Source of the DNA: an uncultured delta proteobacterium | GTDB taxonomy: Bacteria > Desulfobacterota > Desulfobacteria > Desulfobacterales > UBA2156 | Length of the DNA stretch: 64,000 bases | Direction of reading: 5' to 3' | Assembly (NCBI GenBank): GCA_963736855.1 | Contig: CAVTQK010000024.1 | Location: forward strand, 128,001 to 192,000 | Shown here: one piece after another, positions 9,268 to 18,875 of the stretch | Numbering within the stretch: the first letter of the stretch is position 1 | Layout: each line of letters starts with the position of its first letter | Translations under genes and position numbers: made by a program | Notes under the pieces: generated by a model | Databases searched by the model: none | What the model saw: only the letters and a program-made list of their open reading frames with translations | What the model was told of the DNA's origin: nothing

Positions 9268-10017
9268 ATGATCGTGCTGAATCATTTGACCAAGCGTTAC
9301 ACCAAGACTCTGGCGGTCAACGATCTGAGCCTCGAGGTTCCCAAAGGGGAAATCTTCGGGTTCATTGGCCCCAATGGTGCGGGGAAGACCACCACCATTA
9401 AAATGATGGCAGGACTCATGGCTCCCACCTCGGGAAGCGTTTCGATTTGCGGGATCGACATGGCTCAAAATCCCCGGGAAGCCAAGGCCAAAATCGGATT
9501 CATACCGGATCGGCCGTATCTTTACGAAAAGCTCACCGGAATGGAATTTTTGAAGTTCATTGCCCGTATCTACGGGATTCAAGCATACGATTTTAAAGAA
9601 AAGGCCGAAAAAAGCCTTGAGCGGTTTGCCCTGTCGGATTGGGCCCATGACCTCATCGAGGCTTATTCCCACGGTATGCGCCAGCGGCTCATCATCGCCG
9701 CAGCCCTGATCCATGACCCGGAAGTGATCATCGTGGATGAACCCATGGTGGGCCTGGATCCCATAGCGGTCATCCTGGTCAAGAGGATTTTCAGGCAATT
9801 GGCCGCGCACGGCACAACGATCTTCATGTCCACCCACTCCCTGAGCGTGGCCCAGGATGTGTGCCATCGAATCGGCATCATCCATCGAGGTATTCTCATT
9901 GCCACCGGAACCCTGGATCAACTTCGGGATGGCGCCTCCGCAACGGGTGCCGACCTGGAAGCCGTCTTCATGTCCTTGACCGCCGAAAACGCGAACAATT
10001 TATCGGATGAACCATGA
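9268..10017 (+). CDS. ABC transporter ATP-binding protein (exporter type)
   Basis: Walker A GPNGAGKTT, signature YSHGMRQRL, Walker B IIVDEP. Confidence 0.93.
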   Translation: MIVLNHLTKRYTKTLAVNDLSLEVPKGEIFGFIGPNGAGKTTTIKMMAGLMAPTSGSVSICGIDMAQNPREAKAKIGFIPDRPYLYEKLTGMEFLKFIARIYGIQAYDFKEKAEKSLERFALSDWAHDLIEAYSHGMRQRLIIAAALIHDPEVIIVDEPMVGLDPIAVILVKRIFRQLAAHGTTIFMSTHSLSVAQDVCHRIGIIHRGILIATGTLDQLRDGASATGADLEAVFMSLTAENANNLSDEP

Positions 10018-11699
10018 AAACGGTGGGGTTATTGATTCTTCCGCGATTGTGGCCGCTTAAAAGACCCCTGGCATCGGCCAAGGGAAAAAAGCCTTTTAGG
10101 ATCCTCATTCTGGGAGGAATCGGCACGGTCTTTTGGGTCGGAATTCTCGGCGTATCCATGCGGGTGCTGCGCTATTTCCGGGGGATCGAAGACGTGGGCG
10201 ATCTGGTTCTGGCAAAGCTTCTCTCGATGATGTTGATCACTGTCTTTTCCCTTATGATCTTTTCCGCCATCCTTACCTCGCTTTCTAAGCTCTATCTCAG
10301 TAAAGACCTGCCCCTGGTCTTTTCCCTTCCTGTGAGGAGGCATCACATCTTCATCGCCCGATGGATGGAAAGCGTCTTCGACAGCGCCTGGATGGTATTG
10401 ATCTACACGCTTCCGGTCCTGATTGCCTACGGTATCGTCTATGATGTTACGCCCCTCTATTACGCCTACCTGTTGGCGGCTCTGATTCCCTTGACGGCCA
10501 CGGCCTCCGGAATCGGTGTTCTCGTGGTGATGCTGGCCGTGATGGTGATCCCGGCCAGCCGAATCCGCACGCTTTTTGTCTTTTTCGGTCTTTTTGCATT
10601 CATCGCGATTTACGTGGCCTTCCGCTTGCTGCGCCCGGAGCGGCTGGTGGATCCCGAGGCTTTCGCTACAGTCCTGGTCTATCTGCACGCTCTCAAGTCT
10701 CCGGACTTTCCCTTTCTTCCGAGCACCTGGGCCTATGACGGAATTCATGGACTGCTGAACGGAGATGTCAGGCAGGCTCTTTTTGCGGCATCCCTTTCAT
10801 TTGCCGCTATGCTTACCCTCTTTTGTGCCGCGGTCCTCACCGCGGATGCCGTTTATTTTTCAGGTTTATCCAAAGCACAGACCGCCAAGGAGCATCTGTT
10901 CCGGGCAAAGCGTGAGGCGGTAATGAAAAAGGGGGTGCTTCCCGGACCGATCCGCGCGTTGGTCGAGAAAGAGATCAAGACGTTTTTCCGGGATCAAACC
11001 CAATGGTCCCAAATCTTTCTTATCGCCGCCCTGGTGGTCATTTATATCTATAATTTCAAGGTACTTCCTCTGGAACGTTCCCCTATAAAAACCCTTTATC
11101 TGCAGAACCTGCTTTCTTTTTTAAACATGGGACTGGTCTCCTTTGTCCTGATCGCGGTGACGGCGCGTTTCGCCTTCCCCGCGGTGAGCAACGAGAAAGA
11201 TGCTTTCTGGCTGGTCCTCGCCTCCCCAATTCGGATGCGGACCTACCTTTGGGTCAAGTTTTTTATCTACTTTTTCCCTTTGCTGATTTTGTCGGAAATT
11301 TTAATTGTGGGCACCAATATTTTATTGAAGGTAACACCCCTGATGATGGGCATTTCGACAGCCACCATCTGTGTTCTGGTTCCCGGGGTAGTCTCTTTGG
11401 GGATCGGTCTCGGGGCGGCTTATCCGGACTTTACCTCTGAGAATCCTGCCCAATCGGTGACGAGCTGGGGCGGCCTGCTCTTCATGATGCTGGGCGCGGT
11501 ATTCGTGGGAGCCGCCATTTTTTTAGAGGCAGGCCCGGTTTATCGCTTTTTCATGGCTCAGGTGAAAGGGCACACCCTGTTTCTGTCGGATTGGATCTAT
11601 GCCGGCATCTCCTTTGCCGGAGTGCTTATTTTGGCCGTTTTTGCCGTCATCCTCCCCATGCGGTATGGAGAGAGAGAACTTTTGAAAACGGATAGCTGA
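10014..11699 (+). CDS. Putative ABC exporter permease (about 12-14 TM)
   Basis: Highly hydrophobic, with KEIKTFFRD; its start overlaps the ATPase stop (ATGA). Confidence 0.8.
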   Translation: MKTVGLLILPRLWPLKRPLASAKGKKPFRILILGGIGTVFWVGILGVSMRVLRYFRGIEDVGDLVLAKLLSMMLITVFSLMIFSAILTSLSKLYLSKDLPLVFSLPVRRHHIFIARWMESVFDSAWMVLIYTLPVLIAYGIVYDVTPLYYAYLLAALIPLTATASGIGVLVVMLAVMVIPASRIRTLFVFFGLFAFIAIYVAFRLLRPERLVDPEAFATVLVYLHALKSPDFPFLPSTWAYDGIHGLLNGDVRQALFAASLSFAAMLTLFCAAVLTADAVYFSGLSKAQTAKEHLFRAKREAVMKKGVLPGPIRALVEKEIKTFFRDQTQWSQIFLIAALVVIYIYNFKVLPLERSPIKTLYLQNLLSFLNMGLVSFVLIAVTARFAFPAVSNEKDAFWLVLASPIRMRTYLWVKFFIYFFPLLILSEILIVGTNILLKVTPLMMGISTATICVLVPGVVSLGIGLGAAYPDFTSENPAQSVTSWGGLLFMMLGAVFVGAAIFLEAGPVYRFFMAQVKGHTLFLSDWIYAGISFAGVLILAVFAVILPMRYGERELLKTDS

Positions 11700-11718
11700 A
11701 TTTGCAGGGAGAATTTCG

Positions 11719-12384
11719 ATGAAAGTGACCGCGAACGTTCATGCCTTTTTCTGGGAATCCATGACCGAGAACAACTGCAACACCTACCTGATCGACGGCA
11801 AAAAAAAGATCTTGATCGATCCCGGGCATCTCCACCTTATCGATCATGTTGCAAGGGGGCTTTCGGAGCTGAATGTGAATCAGGGCGATATCCATCTGGT
11901 GATCTGCACCCATGCACACCCGGACCACATGGAGGGGGTGACCCTGTTCAGAAAAGCCGGCGCCTTGTTTGCCGTTCACGAAAATGAATGGAAACTGATT
12001 CAATCGATGAGCCATTTTGTCGAGGACAGTTACGGAATAAGCGTGGATGCGCTGGCCCCCGATTTTTTCCTTGCGGAAGGCGATTTGAATGTGGATGGAT
12101 TGGATATCCGGGTTTTCCACACCCCCGGGCATTCGCCGGGATCGGTATGCCTGTATTTGCCGGCGGAGAAGGTGCTCTTCACCGGCGACTTGATTTTCAA
12201 GGAAGGTCTGGGGCGAACGGATCTGCCGGGTGGAAACAGCGCCCGGATCAAGGAGAGCGTCCGGCAGCTTCAGGATCTGGATGTGGAATATCTCCTTCCT
12301 GGTCACGGGGAAATGCTGACAGGTAAAAAGGAGATTCAGGACAATTACGGTTTTTTGGAGCGATATGTTTTTGCCTATGTATGA
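11719..12384 (+). CDS. MBL-fold metallo-hydrolase (glyoxalase II-like)
   Basis: Motifs THAHPDH, HTPGHSPG, FTGD and PGHG. Confidence 0.9.
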   Translation: MKVTANVHAFFWESMTENNCNTYLIDGKKKILIDPGHLHLIDHVARGLSELNVNQGDIHLVICTHAHPDHMEGVTLFRKAGALFAVHENEWKLIQSMSHFVEDSYGISVDALAPDFFLAEGDLNVDGLDIRVFHTPGHSPGSVCLYLPAEKVLFTGDLIFKEGLGRTDLPGGNSARIKESVRQLQDLDVEYLLPGHGEMLTGKKEIQDNYGFLERYVFAYV

Positions 12385-12447
12385 GACAAAAGAGGATTCA
12401 AGGGGCAAGGGATCCAAGGATCAAGGATTAGAAAGAAGGAGTAATTT

Positions 12448-12975
12448 GTGACGGAAGTTAAGAGCACACTCGAGCTGGTTCTGGAAAAGACGAAGCATTT
12501 GAAACTCAGCAGGGATGAGAAAGAAGAGCGACAGAGGAAAGAGATTGAGAGTATTCTCAGGGGCTTGCTGCAAAAATATCAGGACGGCATTCTGTCGTTA
12601 AGGAACATGGAAAAAGAAATTGCTCGTTTAAGAAATCGCTTCGGATTCGATGAAAAATCCATTTTGCGGGAACTGGTATTCGAACGTTTTGATCCGGACG
12701 GCGAAAACGACGCTCTTCTTGAAATTGTTCGACGTTTGCTGAAGGAAGATACGAGCGGCATCGAAGGCGTATTGAAAGGATATCAGAAGGCGCGCGCGGA
12801 ACTCCTTCAGGAGGCTTTTAATTCATCCCTTAAGACGCTTCGGGAAAAATACAGAATATCAGGATCCGCGGTCCTGCCGAACCCGGTTGAGAATTCAGAC
12901 TTCAAAGCATCCCTTCAAAAACTCAGAGAATCTTTCGAAGCTGCCCTTTCAATAGAAAAGAAACCATGCAAGTAA
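12448..12975 (+). CDS. Hypothetical helical protein
   Basis: Long ORF with AAGGAG RBS before a GTG start; no family recognised. Confidence 0.65.
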   Translation: MTEVKSTLELVLEKTKHLKLSRDEKEERQRKEIESILRGLLQKYQDGILSLRNMEKEIARLRNRFGFDEKSILRELVFERFDPDGENDALLEIVRRLLKEDTSGIEGVLKGYQKARAELLQEAFNSSLKTLREKYRISGSAVLPNPVENSDFKASLQKLRESFEAALSIEKKPCK

Positions 12976-13069
12976 ACCCATAACCCCCGGCCTCCGATCA
13001 GAGGGTCCTTTACAACCCCAAGCCCCGATGGTATCAAGGGCGACAAACATGGAGTAATGAAAGGATTTC

Positions 13070-13903
13070 ATGCGTTCTTCGATCCTGTGTCCCAATTGCC
13101 GGAAGCTGATCAGCGCTGATGAGCGAAAATGCCCGTATTGCGACCTTTCGAATCCTGCCTCTCCGTTGAAATACAATTTCTGGACCCGCGGCCTCGCGGA
13201 TCCCTACCGGATTGTCCGCTGGATCATCTACCTCAATGTGGGGATGTATTTGATTTCTTTGCTTCTCAACCCCTTGATCCCTCGCTTTTCCTATAATCCG
13301 CTGGTCTTTCTGTCACCGGAAAACAAAAGCCTGCTGCTGATGGGAGCTACGGGGACTATCCCCATCGGCCGGCTGGGACGATGGTGGACGCTGATCTCCG
13401 CCAATTACCTTCACGGCTCCATCCTGCACATTTTTTTCAATATGTTCGCCTTCAATCAGATCGCTCCCCTGGCGATCCGGGAGTTCGGCGCCAACCGCAT
13501 GATCATCCTTTACACTCTGGGCGGGGTCTTCGGCTTTATTGTTTCCTATTTTGCGGGTGTGACCTTTACCATCGGCGCCAGCGCCGCACTTTGCAGCCTC
13601 ATCGGGGCGAGCCTCTATTTCGGGAAAAGCCGGGGCGGTGCCTACGGGCAGGCCATCTACCGCCAGCTCGGAGCCTGGACCTTAGGGATTTTCCTGTTCG
13701 GGCTGATTTTTCCGGGAATCAATAACTGGGGCCATGGGGGAGGACTGATTGCAGGGGCCTCCCTGGGATTTCTGGTGGGATACGAAGAGCGAAAACGGGA
13801 GACGTCCACCCACAAAATACTGGCCGGAGGATGTGCCATCGCGACCATGCTGATCCTGATCTGGGCTGTTTTGTCCGCAGTATACTATCGGACTCTCGGA
13901 TAG
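13070..13903 (+). CDS. Rhomboid-family intramembrane serine protease with an N-terminal zinc ribbon
   Basis: CPNC..CPYC ribbon; WWTL..YLHGSILHIFFN, GAS and GHGGG motifs. Confidence 0.9.
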   Translation: MRSSILCPNCRKLISADERKCPYCDLSNPASPLKYNFWTRGLADPYRIVRWIIYLNVGMYLISLLLNPLIPRFSYNPLVFLSPENKSLLLMGATGTIPIGRLGRWWTLISANYLHGSILHIFFNMFAFNQIAPLAIREFGANRMIILYTLGGVFGFIVSYFAGVTFTIGASAALCSLIGASLYFGKSRGGAYGQAIYRQLGAWTLGIFLFGLIFPGINNWGHGGGLIAGASLGFLVGYEERKRETSTHKILAGGCAIATMLILIWAVLSAVYYRTLG

Positions 13904-13911
13904 CCTGTTTC

Positions 13912-15837
13912 CTACCAGCCGCTTCCACCTCCGCCGCCTCCTCCGCCACCGGATGATCCTCCCCCTCCGCTTCCCGAACTCGAACCCGGGGCGGTAGCGG
14001 ATGAGGCGATGGCTCCGGAAAAGGCCGATCCCAGGCTGGAAGCAAACCCAGAGCTTCCGAGATCGCTCCAGGACCTTCCGCTATACCAGACAGGGGAATA
14101 GGCTTGCCCTTCTGTCCCGGCCCGGGCCAGCACATCCGAGAATTGCTCGCTCCATTTATGTTCCACATCCAGGGCCAGGGCATATGGGAGATATTTTTCG
14201 AAAAGTTCCGGCGTCTTTTCAGGCGGATTGAGGACCCGCAACCGGGGCGCTTCGGCCACGGAAAGATATTGTTTGAAACCTTCGATCTGGTCCATGATCT
14301 TTCGGCCGAGTAGGGTAGGGGCCTTGAGCAGGTGGTAAAAAAGGAGATTCAAAAGGGCCATGGCCAGAAGGGCGATGACGGCTCTTATGGAAGTCATGTA
14401 TGTCAGCATCGAGATTCCGAAGATTTCTCCGATGAGAAAAGGAATCGAGAAAAGGGTGATGAACACGGCCGATCCTTTGGAAGAAATGCCGCCGCCCCGT
14501 GCGGCTTTCCAGCTGTTTTTGACATGAACGACCAGCGCCGTACACGCGATGGTCCAGCCCGTCAGCCACAACCCAATGAATCCGGCGCCGGGATTGGGCA
14601 GAGTAGCAACGGTGATGCCGACAAGGGTCAAAATGGTGATGGCGGCGCCGGGTATAAAATAGTTTCTGTTTTTCAGGAAGTAGGTTTTTTCGAAATCGAG
14701 CTTCAGTCTTTTTTTGAAGGCTTCCACGGCGCTGCCGATCTTTGCGTGGTTTTCATTTTTCAGCTCAAGCCGATCGGAAGTTCCGAAGAGCTTGTCGGCA
14801 AGGCCCTTTTCTCGGGGTGAAAGGGCAGAACTGTTTTTAGAGGTACGAATCAACGAGTACTCCTTTTTCTTTTCCTCCACGATCTTCAGGTATCCCTTGA
14901 CCGCCATATTGACAACAGCCGATGCTAGCGTCTTGTCATCATATCCCATCCGCATCACATAACGCGCAGCGGCTGGTGTGATATCTTTGGGGGGTTCAAA
15001 CAGGGGGATGATGGTTCCCTTCTCCGGATCCCGACCCACTTTGTACCAGGCCGCCACATAATAAATTAGCGATAAGGCAAGTCCGGCCAGAGAGACGGTC
15101 AGGAGCAGGTTGTCTCCGAAAAAATGTCCGGCTTTTTTGGAAGCGCTGGGTGCGGTGACCAGCCCTTTGGGCCAGGCTGCCGCAATGGTCAATCCCTCCC
15201 CGGGTCGCAACGGACGGGTGGTGGCAAACCGGATGGATTCATTCGTCTCAGAATCGATGACGAAATCTTTCTCCCGGGCACCCTGCGGACCGGTATAGGC
15301 CGCTCTTTGCAAGATATTACCGCCCTGGGGGATCTTTACCAGTGCTTCGGCCCTCTCAATTACAAATGTCCAGGCGTTTCCCGTGACGTTCCAGTAAAGT
15401 TCATCGTATCCCTCGAAAAAACCGAGTTGGCGGCCGGTCTTGTATGTGATGGCATATGTATAATATCCGGGATTTAAATAAACATCCTTGTGGCCGATAT
15501 AAATCTTTTTTCCGTTGGAAACATTTTCAACATGATACGGTTCGGATCGGCCGTCTTTCTGGATGGAGACGATCTGAAACGGCACCGTGACGGTTTCTCC
15601 GGTACGGCCTTTGTATGTCGTTGGAAAATCCCGAACAATGCCCCGCTTGATTTCCGCTCCTGCGCAATAGACACGGATGGTCTCGGTCACGGTGATGGAG
15701 GCGTCCGGATGGACGGTTATCCGGCTATTAAAATCGGTGATCCTTTCAACTTCATCGGAAAAGGCCGGGCATAAAGTCAGAATAAGAAAGACAACTATCC
15801 CCAGAAACCCCAAGACAGCTTTTTTACACATATGCAT
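13912..15837 (-). CDS. DUF2207 membrane protein
   Basis: Motifs ELYWNVTG and LPYALALDV, a Gly/Ser-rich tail ending GGGGGSGW, and position next to lemA. Confidence 0.9.
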   Translation of the reverse strand: MHMCKKAVLGFLGIVVFLILTLCPAFSDEVERITDFNSRITVHPDASITVTETIRVYCAGAEIKRGIVRDFPTTYKGRTGETVTVPFQIVSIQKDGRSEPYHVENVSNGKKIYIGHKDVYLNPGYYTYAITYKTGRQLGFFEGYDELYWNVTGNAWTFVIERAEALVKIPQGGNILQRAAYTGPQGAREKDFVIDSETNESIRFATTRPLRPGEGLTIAAAWPKGLVTAPSASKKAGHFFGDNLLLTVSLAGLALSLIYYVAAWYKVGRDPEKGTIIPLFEPPKDITPAAARYVMRMGYDDKTLASAVVNMAVKGYLKIVEEKKKEYSLIRTSKNSSALSPREKGLADKLFGTSDRLELKNENHAKIGSAVEAFKKRLKLDFEKTYFLKNRNYFIPGAAITILTLVGITVATLPNPGAGFIGLWLTGWTIACTALVVHVKNSWKAARGGGISSKGSAVFITLFSIPFLIGEIFGISMLTYMTSIRAVIALLAMALLNLLFYHLLKAPTLLGRKIMDQIEGFKQYLSVAEAPRLRVLNPPEKTPELFEKYLPYALALDVEHKWSEQFSDVLARAGTEGQAYSPVWYSGRSWSDLGSSGFASSLGSAFSGAIASSATAPGSSSGSGGGGSSGGGGGGGGGSGW

Positions 15838-15845
15838 CGTCCCTG

Positions 15846-16400
15846 TTAAAAAGAAACTTTAGGCACCGCGCGGTCGGCCTCATCTGTGATTTCGAAAAAC
15901 TCCGCCTGCTTGAAGCCGTAGAAATTGGCCACGAGATTGCTGGGAAAAGACTCCACCTGAATGTTATAATCCCTAACGGTCCCGTTATAGTAACGACGAG
16001 CCATCTGGATCTGTTCTTCGAGCTGGGAAAGCTGTCCCTGGAGATCCAAGAAATTCTGATTGGCCTTCAGGTCCGGATATCCCTCGGCCACGGCGAAAAG
16101 ATTTGCCAGAGACCGGGAGAGAGCGCCTTCCACTTTCGCCCTTTCTCCCACATTCTGGGCACCCATGCTCTGAGCCCGCAGTTCGGTGACCTTTTCCAGG
16201 ACGCCGCGCTCGTGCCCCATGTATCCCTTGACGGTCTCTAATAAGTTGGGGATGAGATTGGCCCGTCGCTTGAGCTGGACTTCGATGCCGCTCCAACCCT
16301 CTTTGACCATATTCCGATTTTTCACCAGGCTGTTGTAAATCGCAACCAGGTAAACACCGATCACCAGAACGATACCGATGAAAATCAGCAGGGTAATCAT
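15846..16400 (-). CDS. lemA: LemA family protein
   Basis: Motifs YNSLV, IEVQLKRRANLIPNL, YPDLKANQNF, ARRYYN and FPSNLVA. Confidence 0.93.
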   Translation of the reverse strand: MITLLIFIGIVLVIGVYLVAIYNSLVKNRNMVKEGWSGIEVQLKRRANLIPNLLETVKGYMGHERGVLEKVTELRAQSMGAQNVGERAKVEGALSRSLANLFAVAEGYPDLKANQNFLDLQGQLSQLEEQIQMARRYYNGTVRDYNIQVESFPSNLVANFYGFKQAEFFEITDEADRAVPKVSF

Positions 16401-16500
16401 GAAGAGGCTCCTTTCATCAAAACTCAGGCTTTTCAACCGCGAAATAAAATAGAAAAGCCCTTAGATGATAAAAAAAATCGGTAATGAAGACCACAATAAT

Positions 16501-17076
16501 TTATCGATCCACACAATCAAACTTTGTTTTACCCACCCTCCATGTAGCCGGTCTGTGGCCATATGATTGATTTCGTTTCTCATCAAACAATCGAGAGCCG
16601 GTGCTCTTGATGTTCTCGGCGATGAAAACCAATTTTACGGTTTTTCCCTCGTCGCTGTGGAGGAATATCTCAATATGGAGACGCTTGCAACTTTCTCTTC
16701 CCTCTATACGGCCGATGACTCGGATACCATTTGGATCGGGATTTACGCTCACCATAAATATACGATAGGATTGGGGAGGCGTGTCGACTGTTTTTTTTAA
16801 CAAGGTGCTTTTCTTGGATTTTTTGCCGGGGCTGCGTAACGGCGCCACAATTTCCATATTTTCCTCGGCATCGGTTTCTCCTATGTTTTTAGGGGAATGA
16901 TCGATTTCGGCTTCTTTTTCAATTCGTTGAGCATCTGAAGGTGGGCATGTATTGCTGAAATGCCTCACACCATTTTCATCAGTCCAGTGATAAAGCTGAG
17001 GTTGAACTGTCAACGGAAAGATTACAATCACAACAGACAAGGAAATGACCATGAATATTTTTATTTGCAAAATCAA
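16501..17076 (-). CDS. DUF4124 domain exported protein
   Basis: Hydrophobic N-terminus followed by LYHWTDENGVRHFSNTCPP. Confidence 0.75.
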   Translation of the reverse strand: MILQIKIFMVISLSVVIVIFPLTVQPQLYHWTDENGVRHFSNTCPPSDAQRIEKEAEIDHSPKNIGETDAEENMEIVAPLRSPGKKSKKSTLLKKTVDTPPQSYRIFMVSVNPDPNGIRVIGRIEGRESCKRLHIEIFLHSDEGKTVKLVFIAENIKSTGSRLFDEKRNQSYGHRPATWRVGKTKFDCVDR

Positions 17077-17434
17077 ATCTTTTGGCGCCCCGGGTTTAAT
17101 GGACCATCAATAAGATCATGAGATCATTTCCGACCGATCATGCAAAACAAAAGTGCGATAAAAAATCAGAATTTTATCTATTATGGATTTGTTTTAGATA
17201 GTGCCTATCTGATTTATCTTTCGGGTGTCAAGATGTATGACTTATCCGGCAGATGCTGAAAGCTTCCGGTAATATCTGAGGATTTTCCTTGATTATGCGA
17301 AAACAGAGTATTTTTAGCCCAATTCTAAAGGTCTCCGTTATCGGGATTGTAATGGTAATGTTCCCTATCATAGTTCGTTGATTACTCTTCTTATCAAAGG
17401 GTTTTCAATTCGGCAAATCATTCCGCTGCAGGCA

Positions 17435-17894
17435 AGACCTTCCCCTGCATGCTTCAACCGGAGTTGACGGATGTTCAGTTCCGGAAAAACTGGTCGCGCC
17501 TGATCCAAAATATTTACCCGGTTGAATTTCCCGAAGGGGACCCTATTCAACCGGGTGAATGAGGTCAACCTTTTAATCTGCCCCAAGTGCCGGGGAAATA
17601 CAACGACATCCCTCATCCTTCCGCAGAGAATTCCATCGCCGACCTGGTTTATCCCATGGATGCTTATTTATAAAAAAACCCGTCGGCGTTGATCCGTCGA
17701 GCTGTGTCCGTATCCGCCAAAATACCGGCCTTTTGCCGGTCATTTCCGTATTGACAGCCGATCTTCCTTTGGGTATCGATTTATCCGAACGGCACGGCAA
17801 CGGACCGTTCCCATATTCTGGGGTGTAGATAAGGACGGAACACAATTCTTTTTCACGCTCTATCCGCACCCAAAAAAAAGGGATTCTTATCAAT
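17435..17894 (+). pseudogene. IS91-family transposase C-terminal relic plus ori-type end, internally deleted and interrupted by a hairpin
   Basis: Translates as FPCMLQPELTDVQFRKNWSRLIQNIY-[insert]-EVNLLICPKCRG, then DLVYPMDAYL*. Ends in GGATTCTTATCAAT and is homologous to 23030-23471. Confidence 0.7.
17512..17560. repeat. Short palindrome (about 49 bp) inserted in the IS91 relic
   Basis: Arms ATTTACCCGGTTGAAT and ATTCAACCGGGTGAAT surround an inner stem-loop. Confidence 0.75.
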
Positions 17895-17975
17895 TCAATC
17901 ATTTCTCTACAGCAAGGAGTTGGTCAAGAACGCGACATAGACCGGATTGGACCCTGCGTGAGCGAGGAGGTAAGC

Positions 17976-18767
17976 ATGGAATCGGCCGGCGTGAAGGAAA
18001 TGGCGGAGTTTATCAGCAACAATTTGCGGCTCAAGACCTTTCCCCTGGCGGTCAAGTTTCTCAAAGACCGTAAAGATTTTCCAGTCAAGACCAGGCAACC
18101 CTCGGTGGTGCTGGGAAAACGCGTCAGCATTTGTCAGGGAGTCACCATGGCGCGGGTGTATGGTTGGACCGTGGGACTCACTCGTGACGACCTGATCTGC
18201 GTGCCCGCCATGATCGCTTTCGGATTCAGCGGCGCAGCGGACCCCGCTGAATCACTCACGGGACTCTTCTGCGAAGTGGACTTTGCCAGCGATCGCGACG
18301 GTGCGGCCCGGGAAGTGGCGGCCATCACCCGCCTGGAGAACCAGGAGTACGACGCCCTGGTGTTGGCGCCCCTCGAAAAAGGCCTTTTTGAACCGGATAC
18401 TGTGGCTATTTATGGGAATCCAGCGCAGATGATGCGCCTGATCATGGCGCTGGTCTATATGGAGAAACGCCGCATCGACGGCAACTTCGGCGGCAAGGTC
18501 GAGTGCACCGAATACTTGCTCGCTCCGTTCAAGACCAGGTCACCGCGCGTCGTTATTCCGGGAATGGGGGATCGGATCTTTTCAATGACCCAAGATGATG
18601 AAATGGTGTTGTCCATCCCGGGTAGTCTTCTGGGAAAGCTGGTTAGAGGTCTTGAGGTATCCGGTAAGAAGATCGGGGCGCGCTACCCGGTCACCTTCTA
18701 TCAGAACTTCGAACCGGAATTTCCCAAGGCTCATAAGGAACTCGGCAAAGTCCTGGGCATTTTTTAG
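17976..18767 (+). CDS. DUF169 domain protein
   Basis: PLAVKF, ICQGVTMARVYGWT, C..AMIAFG, EPDTVAIYGNPAQMMRL, C, G.GDR and DDEM motifs; GGAGG RBS. Confidence 0.85.
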   Translation: MESAGVKEMAEFISNNLRLKTFPLAVKFLKDRKDFPVKTRQPSVVLGKRVSICQGVTMARVYGWTVGLTRDDLICVPAMIAFGFSGAADPAESLTGLFCEVDFASDRDGAAREVAAITRLENQEYDALVLAPLEKGLFEPDTVAIYGNPAQMMRLIMALVYMEKRRIDGNFGGKVECTEYLLAPFKTRSPRVVIPGMGDRIFSMTQDDEMVLSIPGSLLGKLVRGLEVSGKKIGARYPVTFYQNFEPEFPKAHKELGKVLGIF

Positions 18768-18875
18768 TCAGGAGTCGGATCCAGGAAGCAGTCTATGGAC
18801 GTCCCCTTATACTCGTCTCCTTATATTGCCCTATCCTCTAAATCTAAAGTCGAACCGCGCTGAATGACGAAGTGT

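Noticed and set aside
13915..14000. GC-rich low-complexity repeat (CCGCCTCC..)
   Set aside because: It encodes the normal Gly/Ser tail of the DUF2207 protein.
17077..17330. att-site duplication of the tRNA-Leu 3' end at the island's left border
   Set aside because: No copy of TGGTGCCGAAGG was found by eye; TGGCGCCCCGG near 17083 is too dissimilar.
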